Both the position numbers and the translations under genes were made by a program. From the NCBI GenBank assembly GCA_032718475.1, contig JAUCBJ010005719.1:1-33907 (forward strand): a DNA stretch of 33,907 nt, written 5' to 3'. Positions 11,601 to 23,351 of the stretch are shown here, piece by piece. Origin of the DNA: Nemertoderma westbladi (taxonomy: Eukaryota > Animalia > Xenacoelomorpha). Each line of letters opens with the position of its first letter. Position 1 is the stretch's first letter. A model generated the notes under the pieces. It had not been told where the DNA came from and did not search any database. It was given only the letters and a program-made list of their open reading frames with translations.

Positions 11601-13630
11601 GCCCGCTCCGCCAGAGGTATCGACCGCAAAACCATCCCACGAGTTCTCGACCACTTCGTCAACCGGAAGCGCCGGCTGCCAAGTACCGATAAGTTCACCA
11701 ATAAGTTTCTTTGAGTCCTTGACCTCGTGTACAGAATTAGCGAGATCATCGGAGTAGAAAGAGCTCTTCACCGCGCATACAACCTCTGGAGGGCAACCCG
11801 GTTCCTCCGCGCACGTCGCCATCGCATCGAGCGCACATGCCTGCAAACTGGTGACCCCAAACACATGCAACGTCATCTGGTACGGTACGTGATTGGTGGA
11901 CCCTGTTCCGCATTGTCCTGCCATAGGAATCGAAGCGACCGCTGATCCCAAACCGGGACTTTCACCCAGTGGTACATCGCCTTCACATCCGCCATGAAGG
12001 CAACAGCATAGCGACGGAACCAGAGCAGAACGCCAACTATTGAGTTCAATACATCCAGCCCTGAATAGAGTTTACTGTTCAACGAGACACCACGGTATGA
12101 CTCGAACCTTCCCGGGTTTGTTCGGGTCCTGCACCCGGTGGTGAGGCATGTAGTTGTCCCACGTGTTGGGATTCCGCAACTCCTCCTCCGTCGTCCGACG
12201 TCTGTACCCGTTCTCGAAGTAAGAGTTAATAGTTTCTCGGTACATCTTTTCCAACTCAGGATCCCTTCTCAACTTCCTCTCCAGAGATAACATCCGACGA
12301 AATGCGCTGGCCCAGTTGCCAGGGCACCGAGGAGGATCCTCAATCCACGCCATCGCAACTTCAAAGCTTCCATCCTCCAGTCGATTCTTCCCTTCCTTAA
12401 TCAGTAGGATTGCTTTCCAATCATCTTGAGACATTGGTCACTGTACGTCAACTGAGACTCCGAAGCATTCCATCGTCCAGAAACGTTACAACTGTTGGGA
12501 CAACTGTTCCTCCACATCATCCTTACACAACAGGTTTACCTTCCGTCTTTGCTCCACTCTATTCTCATCTGTTTGACCACCCAGAATCACTGGACCATAT
12601 ATAGACCACCCGAACACTGAATGCACTGCATAAGGCTGACTCTTACGACCATGCACTGACTCCCTACTCTACCATTGCTGGGTCCCTTGCTCCCAACAGA
12701 ACTGTCACTTTCGAATAGTCGATCCCCTCGGGCAACGGCAGATCCGCTAAATACGGATACCTCTCCTTCACACTCGCCATGCTCAACCTCAGGGATGAAA
12801 TATTAATTTTCAGGATAGTCCATGCCTCGTCCACCTGGTAGACCTCCTTCGACCCATCACGTACCCCAACCTAGAATGACACCAACATGGCGGGCCTAGC
12901 ACTCCCATCATGTTCCACCAACCCAATCATCAGCTCCTCAGTTGGTCCATGTAAACCTAATCGATCTGCCAAACCATCCTCCACCAGAGTCAACTCACTG
13001 CATGGGTCCAATACTGCGTATGTATCCTCAACTTGGCCGTCTATGCCATACATCCGCACCGCCACAACTCATAATAATACTACCTCTCGGGCCCTGTCAC
13101 ACAGCCGCGAACTCAATACTGCTCGACTCACCCCTACCTTCTCTGCTCCACCCACCGGCTGTACCGATACTACTCCCAACTCAGTGTTTCTCTCAAGCGG
13201 AGCAACTCTACCCTGACTCACTGCCCTCTGCTCAGCTATACGCCCGACTTCTGGAATCAATGCCCAATGCAGTAATGTACTGTGCTTCTTACCACACTTT
13301 TGGGCCTTACACCTCCACAGGCTGTTATACTTGTCCACCTTATGTCCTGAACCTAGGCAATTTGTGCATAACTGCTTCTCTGTAGTGGTAGCTAACCTTT
13401 CCTTATGCTTCAACGCCTTGTACTCACTACACCAAAACACTGTATGTGTACCACCGCAATAAGCATAGACAATCACTCTTGGTTCTGCTACCGGTACCTT
13501 CATACTGGTACTGGCTGTGCAGTTCATCTGCTGGGTCATGTCCTGTGCCCCTGCTGCCAGGTGCAGGTCGCAGTGAAGTGCACTCAGAGTGGACATGAGA
13601 ACACTCTACTCCAGAAAAGCCATTGGTAGA
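8690..13630 (-). pseudogene. BEL/Pao gag-pol polyprotein pseudogene (many frameshifts and stops)
   Basis: CTNCLGSGH...CKAQKCGKKHSTLLH (Gag), AVLDPCSELT (protease), YMPHHRV/GKVRV/ADVKAMY/FYSDDL (RT), LTIVRLELQ/YWSDS (RNase H), GVDYWGP/KRYGCLFTC/YSDHGGNFVG/PHMGGAWER (integrase), LTPAHFL/FWEHWIREDL (C-terminus). Confidence 0.95.
9349..10055 (-). mobile_element. 5'-truncated RTE-like LINE (707 bp) with (TAG)n tail and 6-bp TSD GGGGGC
   Basis: VDDFCYLGSWI, RMLRR, RLRFAGHCFR, W-Q-P motifs; GCCCCC on the plus strand at 9343-9348 and 10056-10061; removing the insert restores the integrase frame GGNFVGA-ESELDK. Confidence 0.9.
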
Positions 13631-13848
13631 TCACCATCTGCCTGGCCAGGCCATATACCACTGCAGCCAAGTATATGGGTCCTTAATCCAGGACCAAGGG
13701 CGTCCTTATCCCAGAACGAAGGGGGTCCTAGTTACAGGATCAGATTTACCCTAGTAAGAGGGTCTATACAGCTACAGGTGGCACCTCCTTTATGCTGCAT
13801 GGAGGTGGCAAGTTTTCTTGATCAATGACCTAGAATACCTGAACTGAC

Positions 13849-15277
13849 TTGAGCATATATACTGTGATGGAGCTTGGGCGGGGTTTGGAGGCTATACATA
13901 TTTTCGCAGAGATGATGAACATGCTGATTACACTTAGTAAGACGACGTATAGTCGTCATCAACATTTACTATTTGAGGCTCACAATGAGGTTGGGCAACG
14001 TGAACTTATTCGAGCTCGTCGTGAAGTATCTAATGATAACCACAATGTAGAGACGTCCATTTCCTATGATGGCACTTGGCATAAAAGGAGTGTAAACGTT
14101 ACACCAAATCGAAAACCCCAAATCATTATACTATATAGGCAATATACAATTGGGGGGGGGGGGGGGGGGGGTTGTGTTGGATGGTGGATGTTAGAGAGGG
14201 GGATATGTTGAATGAAATATTGGGGGATGTGGTGGTGAACACGAAGTGGGGGTGGGGTGTGGTGGGGGGAGGGGGGGGGGGGGTGGGGTTATGTTGAATG
14301 ATTTGTTATTGATGACTTGTTATGTTGATTGCTGTCCAGGTACGTACAAAGTGTCCAGTGGTGCCATTGAGACTGATATTTCTATAGAGATCTTTCAAAG
14401 ATCTAAGGATATGTGCGAAAGTTATAATCATGGTCTCATGTATAAGAATGTAATATGCGTTGGCGATTCAAATGCTTATAACTCAATTTGGGATATATAT
14501 GGTGCCTGCAACATGTGCCAAGAATATAGTATAATGTCGGGGGAAGGAAAAGAAGGGTTTGATTTCAGTGAACAAGGACGGAGGCATTGGGACTTACACA
14601 CTCACTCACATGATATTAGTGATCAGCCACCCCCATCAACCTCCTCCAATAATCCATCAACCTCCAGCGAAATACAATCGACCTCCTGTAATATAACATC
14701 AACCCCATCTGACATAACACCGGCTACATTCTCCTGTAAACGTATTAATAAAGTCGATTGTATTAATCATTATCAGAAATGTCTTGGCAAGGGTTTTCGA
14801 GATATCAGAAAGACACTTACAAAAAAGGGAACTGTTCTTGAAGACAAAAGGCCTGTTGGAAATAAAAAACATAGACTCACGTTATGTGCAATTGAAAAAC
14901 TATCTACGTATATGGGTGGAGCTATTCGGTCGTCCATTGTTGAGACTGAAGATCAAGATGATTAAAAAAGGATACACCATCTCAAGCAGCAGATATTAGG
15001 ATCCTTCCGACATGGAGTAATAACGAAATATAACGATGAGCGTCACCGGTACTGTCCAACAGGAGCCCAGTCATATTGCTTGTACAAATGTACTGGTGAA
15101 GTGCCACCAGATAAAAATCACCATTTGGATCCTGTTTTTCTTGGACACATTTTATCACTATACAGGCGGTTAACAACTACAAAACTTCTAAGGCAATGTC
15201 TACCTGGGTTCACACAAAATCAATCGGAATCTTTAAATGCTCTGGTATGGGCGAGAGCACCCAAACATAAATTATAG
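13849..15277 (+). pseudogene. Mutator-like (MULE) DDE transposase remnant
   Basis: ISYDGTWHKR, SSGAIE, GDSNAY, KVDCINHYQKCLG, CLPGFTQNQSESLNALVWARAPK match the animal Mutator-like transposase pattern; stops and frameshifts; no TIRs seen. Confidence 0.85.
14152..14289 (+). repeat. G-rich low-complexity tract (G20 run plus several further G-runs)
   Basis: G20 at 14152-14171 and GGGGGTGGGGTGTGGTGGGGGGAGGGGGGGGGGGG downstream. Confidence 0.9.
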
Positions 15278-15286
15278 GTAAGGTAA

Positions 15287-18200
15287 GGCCGCTTAGGTAA
15301 GTTGTATTGTAGGCCTTGTGAGTTAGTTGTCTCCAAGACGCCATCTACTAGACTGAAAGAGCAGAGGGTAAATCGAGAATGTTTAACTTCACATAATAAC
15401 CACGTTATATATTAAACAACTGTGCCTTGCAGGCAAAGCACCCAGAAAGTAAAATATCATAAGTGTGAAATGTGTTCCAAAGCTGTACAATCAATCTGTC
15501 CATTTAGAAGGTTTTGCTCCGTCAGGTGTGTTAAACGGCAGAATAGTATAAATGCTGATGTAAAAACAATTGTAAAATGTTTTGGAAGTGGTCTAGAAAA
15601 CGAACAATATTTTATAGACCTACATAAATCGGGGAAATGCAATACAATTGGATCTGATAATAAAGATGACAGATCTGGCAATGATGAGAGGGGTTCTAGT
15701 ATAACTACTGAAAATCAAGGGAAACATTTGGGATTAAACAACTCTGATCTAGTATTGGGTGGTGTGGGTGGCCGTGGTCGTCCTAGAAAGAGAAAAATTA
15801 CCATTTAAAATGACAGGACAGTTGGATGGCAATCATAATACATTGGAGACAAATACAAATGAATGTGAATCAAGTGCGATACCACATCGAATTATCGGTG
15901 AAAGGAATCAGAACTCTAGAAAGAGAAAACTCAAAGACAGCAACTCCTCTCAGACTAATAAATGTAAATATATATATTTATCAGATATTGAGGCTCATAT
16001 TGTTAACAAGGATATTATAATAAAGGGTGTAGTTACTGATTACGAGTGTGCTGAGACTGATATATTACTAGCTGGTGTTATAATGATAGCAAAATGTGTA
16101 AAATACTGTATGGGACATCTAGTGATAAAACTGTACGTAGCATTAATCTTAACAATCTCTTATATCAAGGTTTTCCCAGCAACCAAATTTCTACCTTCAA
16201 ATGGTATTCTTGGTTGCATTTCAAAAAGGTGTTAAAAAAACAAGGCCACAATATAGAAACAGTTATCAATAATGATTCACTTTTTCTTGATATACTGCAA
16301 CGTGTGAATTCCTATTTCATTAACAATAAATACTTGCGCGAGAGTGTTTCTCTTGAACCATATATGGGTCCACAATCGTACAAAGATCGACAAAATAAAT
16401 TGTACTAAATTGTACTACTATGGTAGAGGTAATTTAAAGTATTATCGATTAAAGGACTTCAATTACGAAGTTAAGAATCGGTTTGGAGTTGCAACAATGA
16501 ACGATTTTCAGGGAAACTTTAATACTCCAAGAATAGATGCAGACACATTTGAGAATATGTTACAAAAGGTGAACCGTGATATAGAGAAACATATAGACAG
16601 GCATCCTGATCTTTTTAAACTATATTCTGGCCCACAATGTCACGAGGATAGGGGGAATATAAGTAGAATGACATATGATGTCTCATATGTACAACACAAG
16701 GTTCAAAAATCACTTTCAAATATTACTCCAAGTAATGTTGTTTTTGAACCAGCTGAAGCCACAAATACATATTTTCAAGGACGTTGTTTTTTAAGAACAT
16801 GCAAAGTGTGTGAAAAAACACGGCTTGTCGACAGCAGAGCTGCTGCTAAGTTCCATTCGGGTTTCTATGAATATGGAGGGAGAAAAATAACAATTCATTT
16901 TGAGTGTAATCTTTTGTGAATGTGGATTGTTCAACTTCTCAAGATGTTGAACTAATCACAGCGTGTGAGCTGGCTAATGACGAGCGTTATATTCTGTATA
17001 TAAATAACACTGGTTTGGTTGTCAAAGTTAAAGTATGTGAACCTGTCAATTACATTATTAACTTTGAAGTGAAACAAGTTTGTGCACCTCCAACATCATG
17101 TTTGGCAACAACACTTAGCCGCATTGGCAAGATTTCTCAGTCACAAATACAATTGGGTAATATTTCATCTAGTGGTCGATTTATTGCTGATATACAATCC
17201 CACCATTAGATGTTGCAAAAATCAATATAAAAGAACCACATCAGGCCAAGTATTGTATCCAATGGCTTGAAAATCCTTCAAACAGTTCATCAGAAGATTT
17301 CACTGCAAACTTGGAAGTAACAAGTTTGATTGGTCTGAGAAATATACATGCTGTCTATGATAACTTAAAACTTTTACATTGTATTGCTTGTGGTAGACAG
17401 ACACCAGGATTTGATAAGGATTTAAATAGCCTTGTAGTTCCAGAATTAAAAAATAATGTAACACTTGAAGATACTAATTTACTTGAAATCCTTCAAAAAT
17501 CACAAGTCATAAGTGAATATTGTATAACACTTTCAGACAAGTTCACTGACTCTAATGTTTATGTTTCAAGTGATAGAGAGGTTGACGGGATCTGTACAAA
17601 CTGTGAGTCATTTTATAATGTAGTAGATAGTACTGTATTCCCAAAATATTCAAAACCACCAGAGGCAGATAATACACCACCAAATAGTAATTTTAGTGAC
17701 AACATGGAGGAGTGGAATACTAATTTAATTGATTTAAATCCATATTCATCTGCTAATCTAATGTCTTTAGATGTATTTGGACATGTGGAATATGAAGCTT
17801 TTGTGGATACATTAACAAAGGCTGAACGTATGGTATTGTCACCAACATTATTATCAGTTCATATTTATCGTAACAAAAAGAACAATATACCATTCACAAA
17901 ACATGGTTCAATTTGTTACAACTTAAAGCAACCATTACAAGCTAAAAATTTGCCATGGTGGGACTTTTCTAGTATGCCATTTGTTGTCATGGTGTCAAAA
18001 ACAGATGGCAAAGTCATTCATGAGGCTACCGTAAATATGGATAAAATAAAAAGGGCGAAACATTTTATGGAAAGGGATATGGTATGTCCTGCAACAGGTT
18101 TCAAAAGGCCATATTACTTATATTGTAAGGAGAGCACATGTGCTAATAACTGGTGTACATTTTCCAATGCGAATATGGAATTATTGCAATCTCAGTTAGA

Positions 18201-20030
18201 GAATGGTCATGGTAATCAACAACGAATGCCAATTGGTTTGCGAATAATTGATGATAATCAATTATTGGCAAGGGCTGATAGAGAATTGACTATTCCGGTT
18301 TTTAAACATTGGATAACTTCCAGCATGGAATTGGGTGCAGCTCTATTAGAAAAATATAAGTTGGAAGTTCTCCTTGAAAGTGATTCTCAGGGTAATACAC
18401 TCAAGTTTGTAGATGATTTATGGAGTTTGATTAAACAATTCTATAATAGTGATATATTGGACCATGGTGGTGACAATGGTGGTGACGAAGTGACACCAAT
18501 CACTCTGAGAACCATAGTTAACTTTGCTTTACAGAGAAATTACTTTGATCCTAATGCTACATCAATGGGTAACAATGACCAAAATATTAACCTCGGAAAT
18601 AATGGCCAGGGTCGGTCAACAAAATTTGATTTTTTGGGAATGGTTTGTGAGGAAGTAGAAATTTTATCCCGTGACTACTCCAATGATGAGGGACAGGGTA
18701 ATGCCATGGCACATGTAGGTAACATTGAATATGTCAGTGAACGACCTGACGAGATAATAGCTGAAACTGTCCAAAGTACCATTTTACAAAGGTTAGAGTT
18801 TCCAGGTGTTGATAAATCATCTCGCATACCTGAAAATACACCAGGATATCTTCCACGAGCCTTTCCATTTGTATTCCTAAGTGGAGATGGGTGTGCATTT
18901 CAGGATAGAAGGAGAGATATAAAATTTCCAAAATCTACCTGGGAGAAAACTTATGGACATTGGCTTTTTAAGAACCCACGTGCTGCACAATGTGAGGAAC
19001 TTGCATTTCATTTTTATAACAAAGATAAAAGGGGTAGAGGCAAACTAAATGCTTCATTGGCTTTTCGTAATTTAGGGAAAGATAATATATTGCCAACTAG
19101 AAATGATCTTTTAAATATGCCACTAACTCGTCAAACGGTTGCAAATGAACTTTTGCAATTTAAAAGTAATATTCCAGACTCTAGAGCTTTCTGGAAAAAG
19201 CAGAAAAGTGATGCTCTCGGTTCAAAAAGGTATTTGGAAGATATCCAAAGCTGGAGGCCAGACAAAACATATCCAATTCTTCCAATAATATTCCAGACAA
19301 GGGCATTCCCATATAATCATGATCCTGCAGCACATCGACTTATGCCAGGTATTGCAGAATTTGAAACAAATACTGGGGAAAATGCAAGCAATCAGTACTT
19401 TTTTCAACGTTTGATAAATACATTGATTAATCCCCATATAATTTCAGTATTAAGTAGTATGAAGGCAGAACTAGATACAATGTATTTTTCTCAAATTAGG
19501 TATTCTGCTGACTATTATTCATGCCGTGGTGAACATGGAGCAAATGGCAATCCACACTGGCACAAAATTTTATGGAGTAAGTCTATAAAAGTCTATAAGT
19601 AAACTTATACATGAAGGATTATTAGATATAGAACAAATAGCCAAAAAAACAACACAAGATCATAATTCGATGGAAATCACTCCAGAGAAAGAAACAATTA
19701 GAGCATCAGTTACAGATGCAGTAAATAAAAGTTGGGAGATCTTAAGAGAGAAATATATAGCGGCCATGTCTGGAATGTATGTCAACTGGAATGCAGGTTT
19801 TACAAAACCTCATCTTGATAATGATGTATATTACAAGATGGGGAGAGTACATATGATATTAGCTATGATAGACGAAGTACTGTAGCAGGAATACATATGG
19901 CTTCCACAATTGATGAATGTCTAACTACAGGAAATTTTCAAAAATTAGATCATCCATATGTGACAATTAATAATGGAACAGGTCGTCACTTATCACATAC
20001 AGGTAAAAATAATCTTCCATATAGTAGCCT
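15287..20030 (+). mobile_element. Diverged Helitron-family (Helentron/Helitron2-like) element, internal fragment, copy 1
   Basis: Contains Rep motifs (see 17311-19602); aligns with 24609-30367; no termini or helicase in the window. Confidence 0.8.
17311..19602 (+). pseudogene. Largest open segment (763 aa) of Helitron-like Rep polyprotein, including the HUH motif
   Basis: CIAC..CTNC..YSSANLM, LTKAERMVL..HGSICY and VNMDKIKRA resemble the pre-Rep (DUF6570-type) region; AFPFVFLSGDG; NIPDSRAFWKKQ; IFQT (motif 1-like); RGEHGANGNPHWHKILW (HUH motif 2-like). Ends at a 10-bp duplication frameshift. Confidence 0.8.
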
Positions 20031-21524
20031 CATAGAACTAAGCTGACAGCATACAACTTCATTGTAGAGTGGAAGAAGGGAGCACTGAACCTGGCCCCCA
20101 ATGCACTTTCAAGATATCCAGTATTGAATCCAACAGTGGAAGACCTGGCTGAGCGTTCTGTTACTCCAGAAGGAGCTTGGGCAACAGTATGTGCAATGGA
20201 AACTATAAAGGAAGGGTACATAGATAATGACCTTATGTTACAACGCTTGAAGGATGTGGCAAAAGCTGATACTGATTACACCAACCTGATCGAGGCTATC
20301 AAGCAAGGCAAACCTGGAACAACAGGCCTCTCCCGTTGCTACAAGAGTAAGTTTGATGAACTTGTTATTGAGGATGGACTGGTGATCATCAATGGGCAGG
20401 TGGTGGTGATACCACAGAGGGAACGCAGAAGCGTTCTACAGGCTCTGCATCTTGGCCACTCTGGATTTAACAGAATGCTTCTCAGGGCAAAATCATCGGT
20501 GCATTGGCCTTCCATGCGATCTGACCTTAAGAATTTGTCAGATTCATGTGAGCCTTGTCAGATTCTCCGACAGTCACTCAATCCAGAACCAATCTTACCA
20601 ACCCCAGTACCACAAGGGCCTTATTCTTCAGTAACAGCTGATCTGTTTCAACATGCAGGGTACTACTACATTGTTTATACTGATCGATTCAGTGGATATA
20701 CTCATACTGCAAGATGGAGAAACTGCCCAACATCAGCACAGGTGATTCGTTACCTGACCCTGATCTATAGGGATACTGGTATCCCAAGGGAAATCTCGAC
20801 CGATGGTGGACCTCAATTTATTGCTGCTGAAGCACAGGCTTTCTACAAGAAATGTGGGACTTTCTGGCACTGTTCCTCACCATATTTTCCTCGTAGCAAT
20901 GGACATGCTGAGGCAGCTGTAAAGCGGGTCAAGCATCTATTCAAGAAGACAAATACTTCTGATCCTGGGGATATAGAATTTGCTTTTGGGTTGTTAGAAA
21001 TGAATAACACACCCAGCTCGGGAGGTGTAAGTCCAGCAATGCTTGCACTGGGCCGTGAGCAAAGGACACTCGTTCCCCGTTTGGAAACCCCAATGGTGAC
21101 GCCTGCGACACGCACTGCGTGTGCAACCGCTCAGGTTATGAAGACAAAGGAAGCCACAGAAATGAAAATCAGAAAGGCTAGAAAGCTACAACCAATCGAA
21201 CAGGGAGAACTTGTCTGGGTTCAGGATCCGAAATCATGATGCTGGTTCTGTTCCGGTGTTGTAACTGAGATTCTCAACAACAATGACTATATAATCGAGA
21301 CCGATAATGGAAAGGAATACCGCCGTAACCGGATATTTATCCGCCCAAAAAGTGCTCATGCCGCGACACATAGTATAACAGCACAACAACACAAAGAGGA
21401 CGAGGAAAGTCTGGGTGCAGCTCAGCCTGATCATGTTGGACCTATTCAAAATTATACAGTTTATCAGCCTAGACGTTCCGGGCGGGATCAAAAAATTACA
21501 GTACCATATCAGTATATAAATTAA
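20031..21524 (+). pseudogene. Gypsy-type pol C-terminus (integrase), one internal stop at 21237-21239
   Basis: KLTAYNF..WKKG..N..ALSR, LHLGHSG..CEPC (HHCC), ADLF, YTDRFSG, STDGGPQF, SNGHAEAAVK (DDE); frame continues past the stop to GKEYRRNRIFIR. Confidence 0.93.
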
Positions 21525-21560
21525 GCAGAACATCGTTCTGCTCAAAGAAAGAAAGAGAGA

Positions 21561-22057
21561 TGTAGTAGGAACCTTATAACATTATACTGTAATATATCCA
21601 TGTGCTTATGGTGGAGGGAATTTCAAATGCGATCCTGACTTATATATATAGATATACTCATAAACCATTATTAATATATATGCCAGTCTCTATTACGTTT
21701 GAGTTTCACTTATGTTGTGATATCAACATCTACTATTATGATACTTGTGAGTTATCGTTTACAGCCAAATGCAACCTAAAGAAGCACAAACTGATACATA
21801 GATCAAGATCACATATCAAGATCTAAGTTTGTTCAGGATCTAAGGTGCTCTAGGATCTAAAGCCGGGGAACCGTACAGTCCTGGTTCATGTCAGAATGTA
21901 CCGCAGTACCGGCAACCGGTACTGGTACACATACCTACATTGTTCTGTTGTTTGATGTATAAATAAATCTAGGCGGTTCTGCATCGTTAAGTCCGAGGGG
22001 CGTTCAGGCATTAGATCCTGTGACGTTAGCCTAACTCCTGTCTGCCTGTGTCATACA
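21561..22057 (+). repeat. 3' LTR of the Gypsy element (~497 bp, TGTA...TACA)
   Basis: TGTAG directly after the PPT; AATAAA at ~21962; right end TCATACA is inferred. Confidence 0.65.
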
Positions 22058-23350
22058 GCTGTACAGCATTAGGTCCCGTTCCCGTATGCCTACAGGCTAA
22101 CAGGCCTTTGATATGTCAGTATGTAGCATGTAGACGAGGCCTAACATTTACAGATTTAGATTTAAGGTATGGGTCTAGGCCAGAATACAATGTCAATATA
22201 TGATTTCCCCTGGAACCATAATGATCAATATGGATCCAGGTTCCAGGTTAAAATTAGCCCGTTATGAATACCTGAATATTGTAAAATGCTATATGTATAT
22301 CTGTAGGGCCTATATCAGTATATACTGATATCAGGATATAGGCAGATATGTAGGCTATCTACAGATCTATATGCTATATTCTATTTCTATGTACAGATAT
22401 AGATAGCCCTGTAGCCAGCAGTCGGGGAGATGTTCAAATTTCAACTGAGTTGAAATTTAAATTCTATTTTTTTATTACCGTACCGTACCGCTACCGGTAC
22501 CGGTATATAATGGAATACCCTGATACCAGTAATGGCAGAATGGCTTCATATACAGTATATCTTATTTTTGTGGTTTATTACTTGCAGATTACCAAAGTGA
22601 TCACGGAAGCAGTGCTAACGCACCATGGAACCACGGTTACTAAGCTACAGGTTCAGGATAAAATTAAAGATTGGCTGAAACACGCTCCAGTTAGAGCTGG
22701 AGGGGTCAAGTCTCCTGGTGGCGAGGAGTAGCTCAATGAAGACGATGACGATGACGATGACGAACTTATTTGTATGCTACATACTGTGGGCCTACTTTAT
22801 TATTGCCATTTAATTATTTAATTTTACTTAATACTTAATTACGTTAATTTTGCTTTCTCATTACAACATTACTCATCTGAAATATATCATAGAAATATAA
22901 TATATGTATTACGATTAATTAGTTATATACCTGTTGCCCCTTCCATTTTATACTGAACTTATAATATTACGTATACAACTTGTTTAAAATGCATTTACAC
23001 CAAATTTGAACATTTATTGAACCAATTAAGTAAATAATGCCCATACAGTAGAATGGTAATGGAATTTGAACGACATTGTATCGTCATTAAAACGTCATTT
23101 AAACGATGTTTATAATTTACACCAAATTTGAACGTTTTTCAAGAAATTAAATTATATAACGAAATTTAAACGTCACCTGAACGTTGTTGCTTTACGTTGA
23201 TCAATAACGTACGTAATACACGTAATAAGAGCGGCCACTGAACCATTCCTTCAACGTAAAGGTTGTATGCACGTCTATTGAACTAAAAAGACGTTCAGAC
23301 GAAATTTAGACATAATTTGATCGTCAAATCAACGAAAATTGCTACCTGGG
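22058..23350 (+). mobile_element. Right end of a CMC/EnSpm (CACTA)-like DNA transposon
   Basis: Ends ...TGCTACCTGGG followed by TA (terminus CCCAGGTAGCA on the other strand), preceded by ~300 bp of AACGT/GACGT subterminal repeats in both orientations; left end absent. Confidence 0.7.
22588..22731 (+). pseudogene. Terminal exon of a DUF4806-like transposon accessory protein
   Basis: Splice acceptor CTTGCAG at 22581-22587 followed by ...IKDWLKHAPVRAGG...stop, resembling the W-L-x-x-A-P-x-R-x-G-G C-terminal motif of such proteins. Confidence 0.6.
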
Positions 23351-23351
23351 T

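Larger units (their letters stand above)
7035..13848 (-). mobile_element. Decayed BEL/Pao LTR retrotransposon (5' end missing)
   Basis: Domain order Gag zinc knuckles - protease - RT - RNase H - integrase, then PPT and 3' LTR. Both outer boundaries are approximate. Confidence 0.92.
20031..22057 (+). mobile_element. Ty3/Gypsy LTR retrotransposon, 3' half
   Basis: End of RNase H, integrase, PPT AAAGAAAGAAAGAGAGA (21544-21560) and LTR in the expected order. Confidence 0.9.

Noticed and set aside
10291-13385. Plus-strand ORFs over the BEL element (e.g. 180 aa and 147 aa)
   Set aside because: Antisense to recognisable pol domains in GC-richer sequence.
15287-20030. Endogenous virus or host gene interpretation of the large ORFs
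   Set aside because: No capsid, polymerase or packaging ATPase motifs seen; the ordered pre-Rep and HUH motifs fit a Helitron-family element better.
22738-22763. (GACGAT)n microsatellite
   Set aside because: Short simple repeat after the stop codon, with no sign of function.
20031-23350. Gypsy and EnSpm pieces as cargo captured by one large Helitron
   Set aside because: They interrupt coding sequence and keep their own termini, which fits insertion followed by deletion; no Helitron ends are visible.
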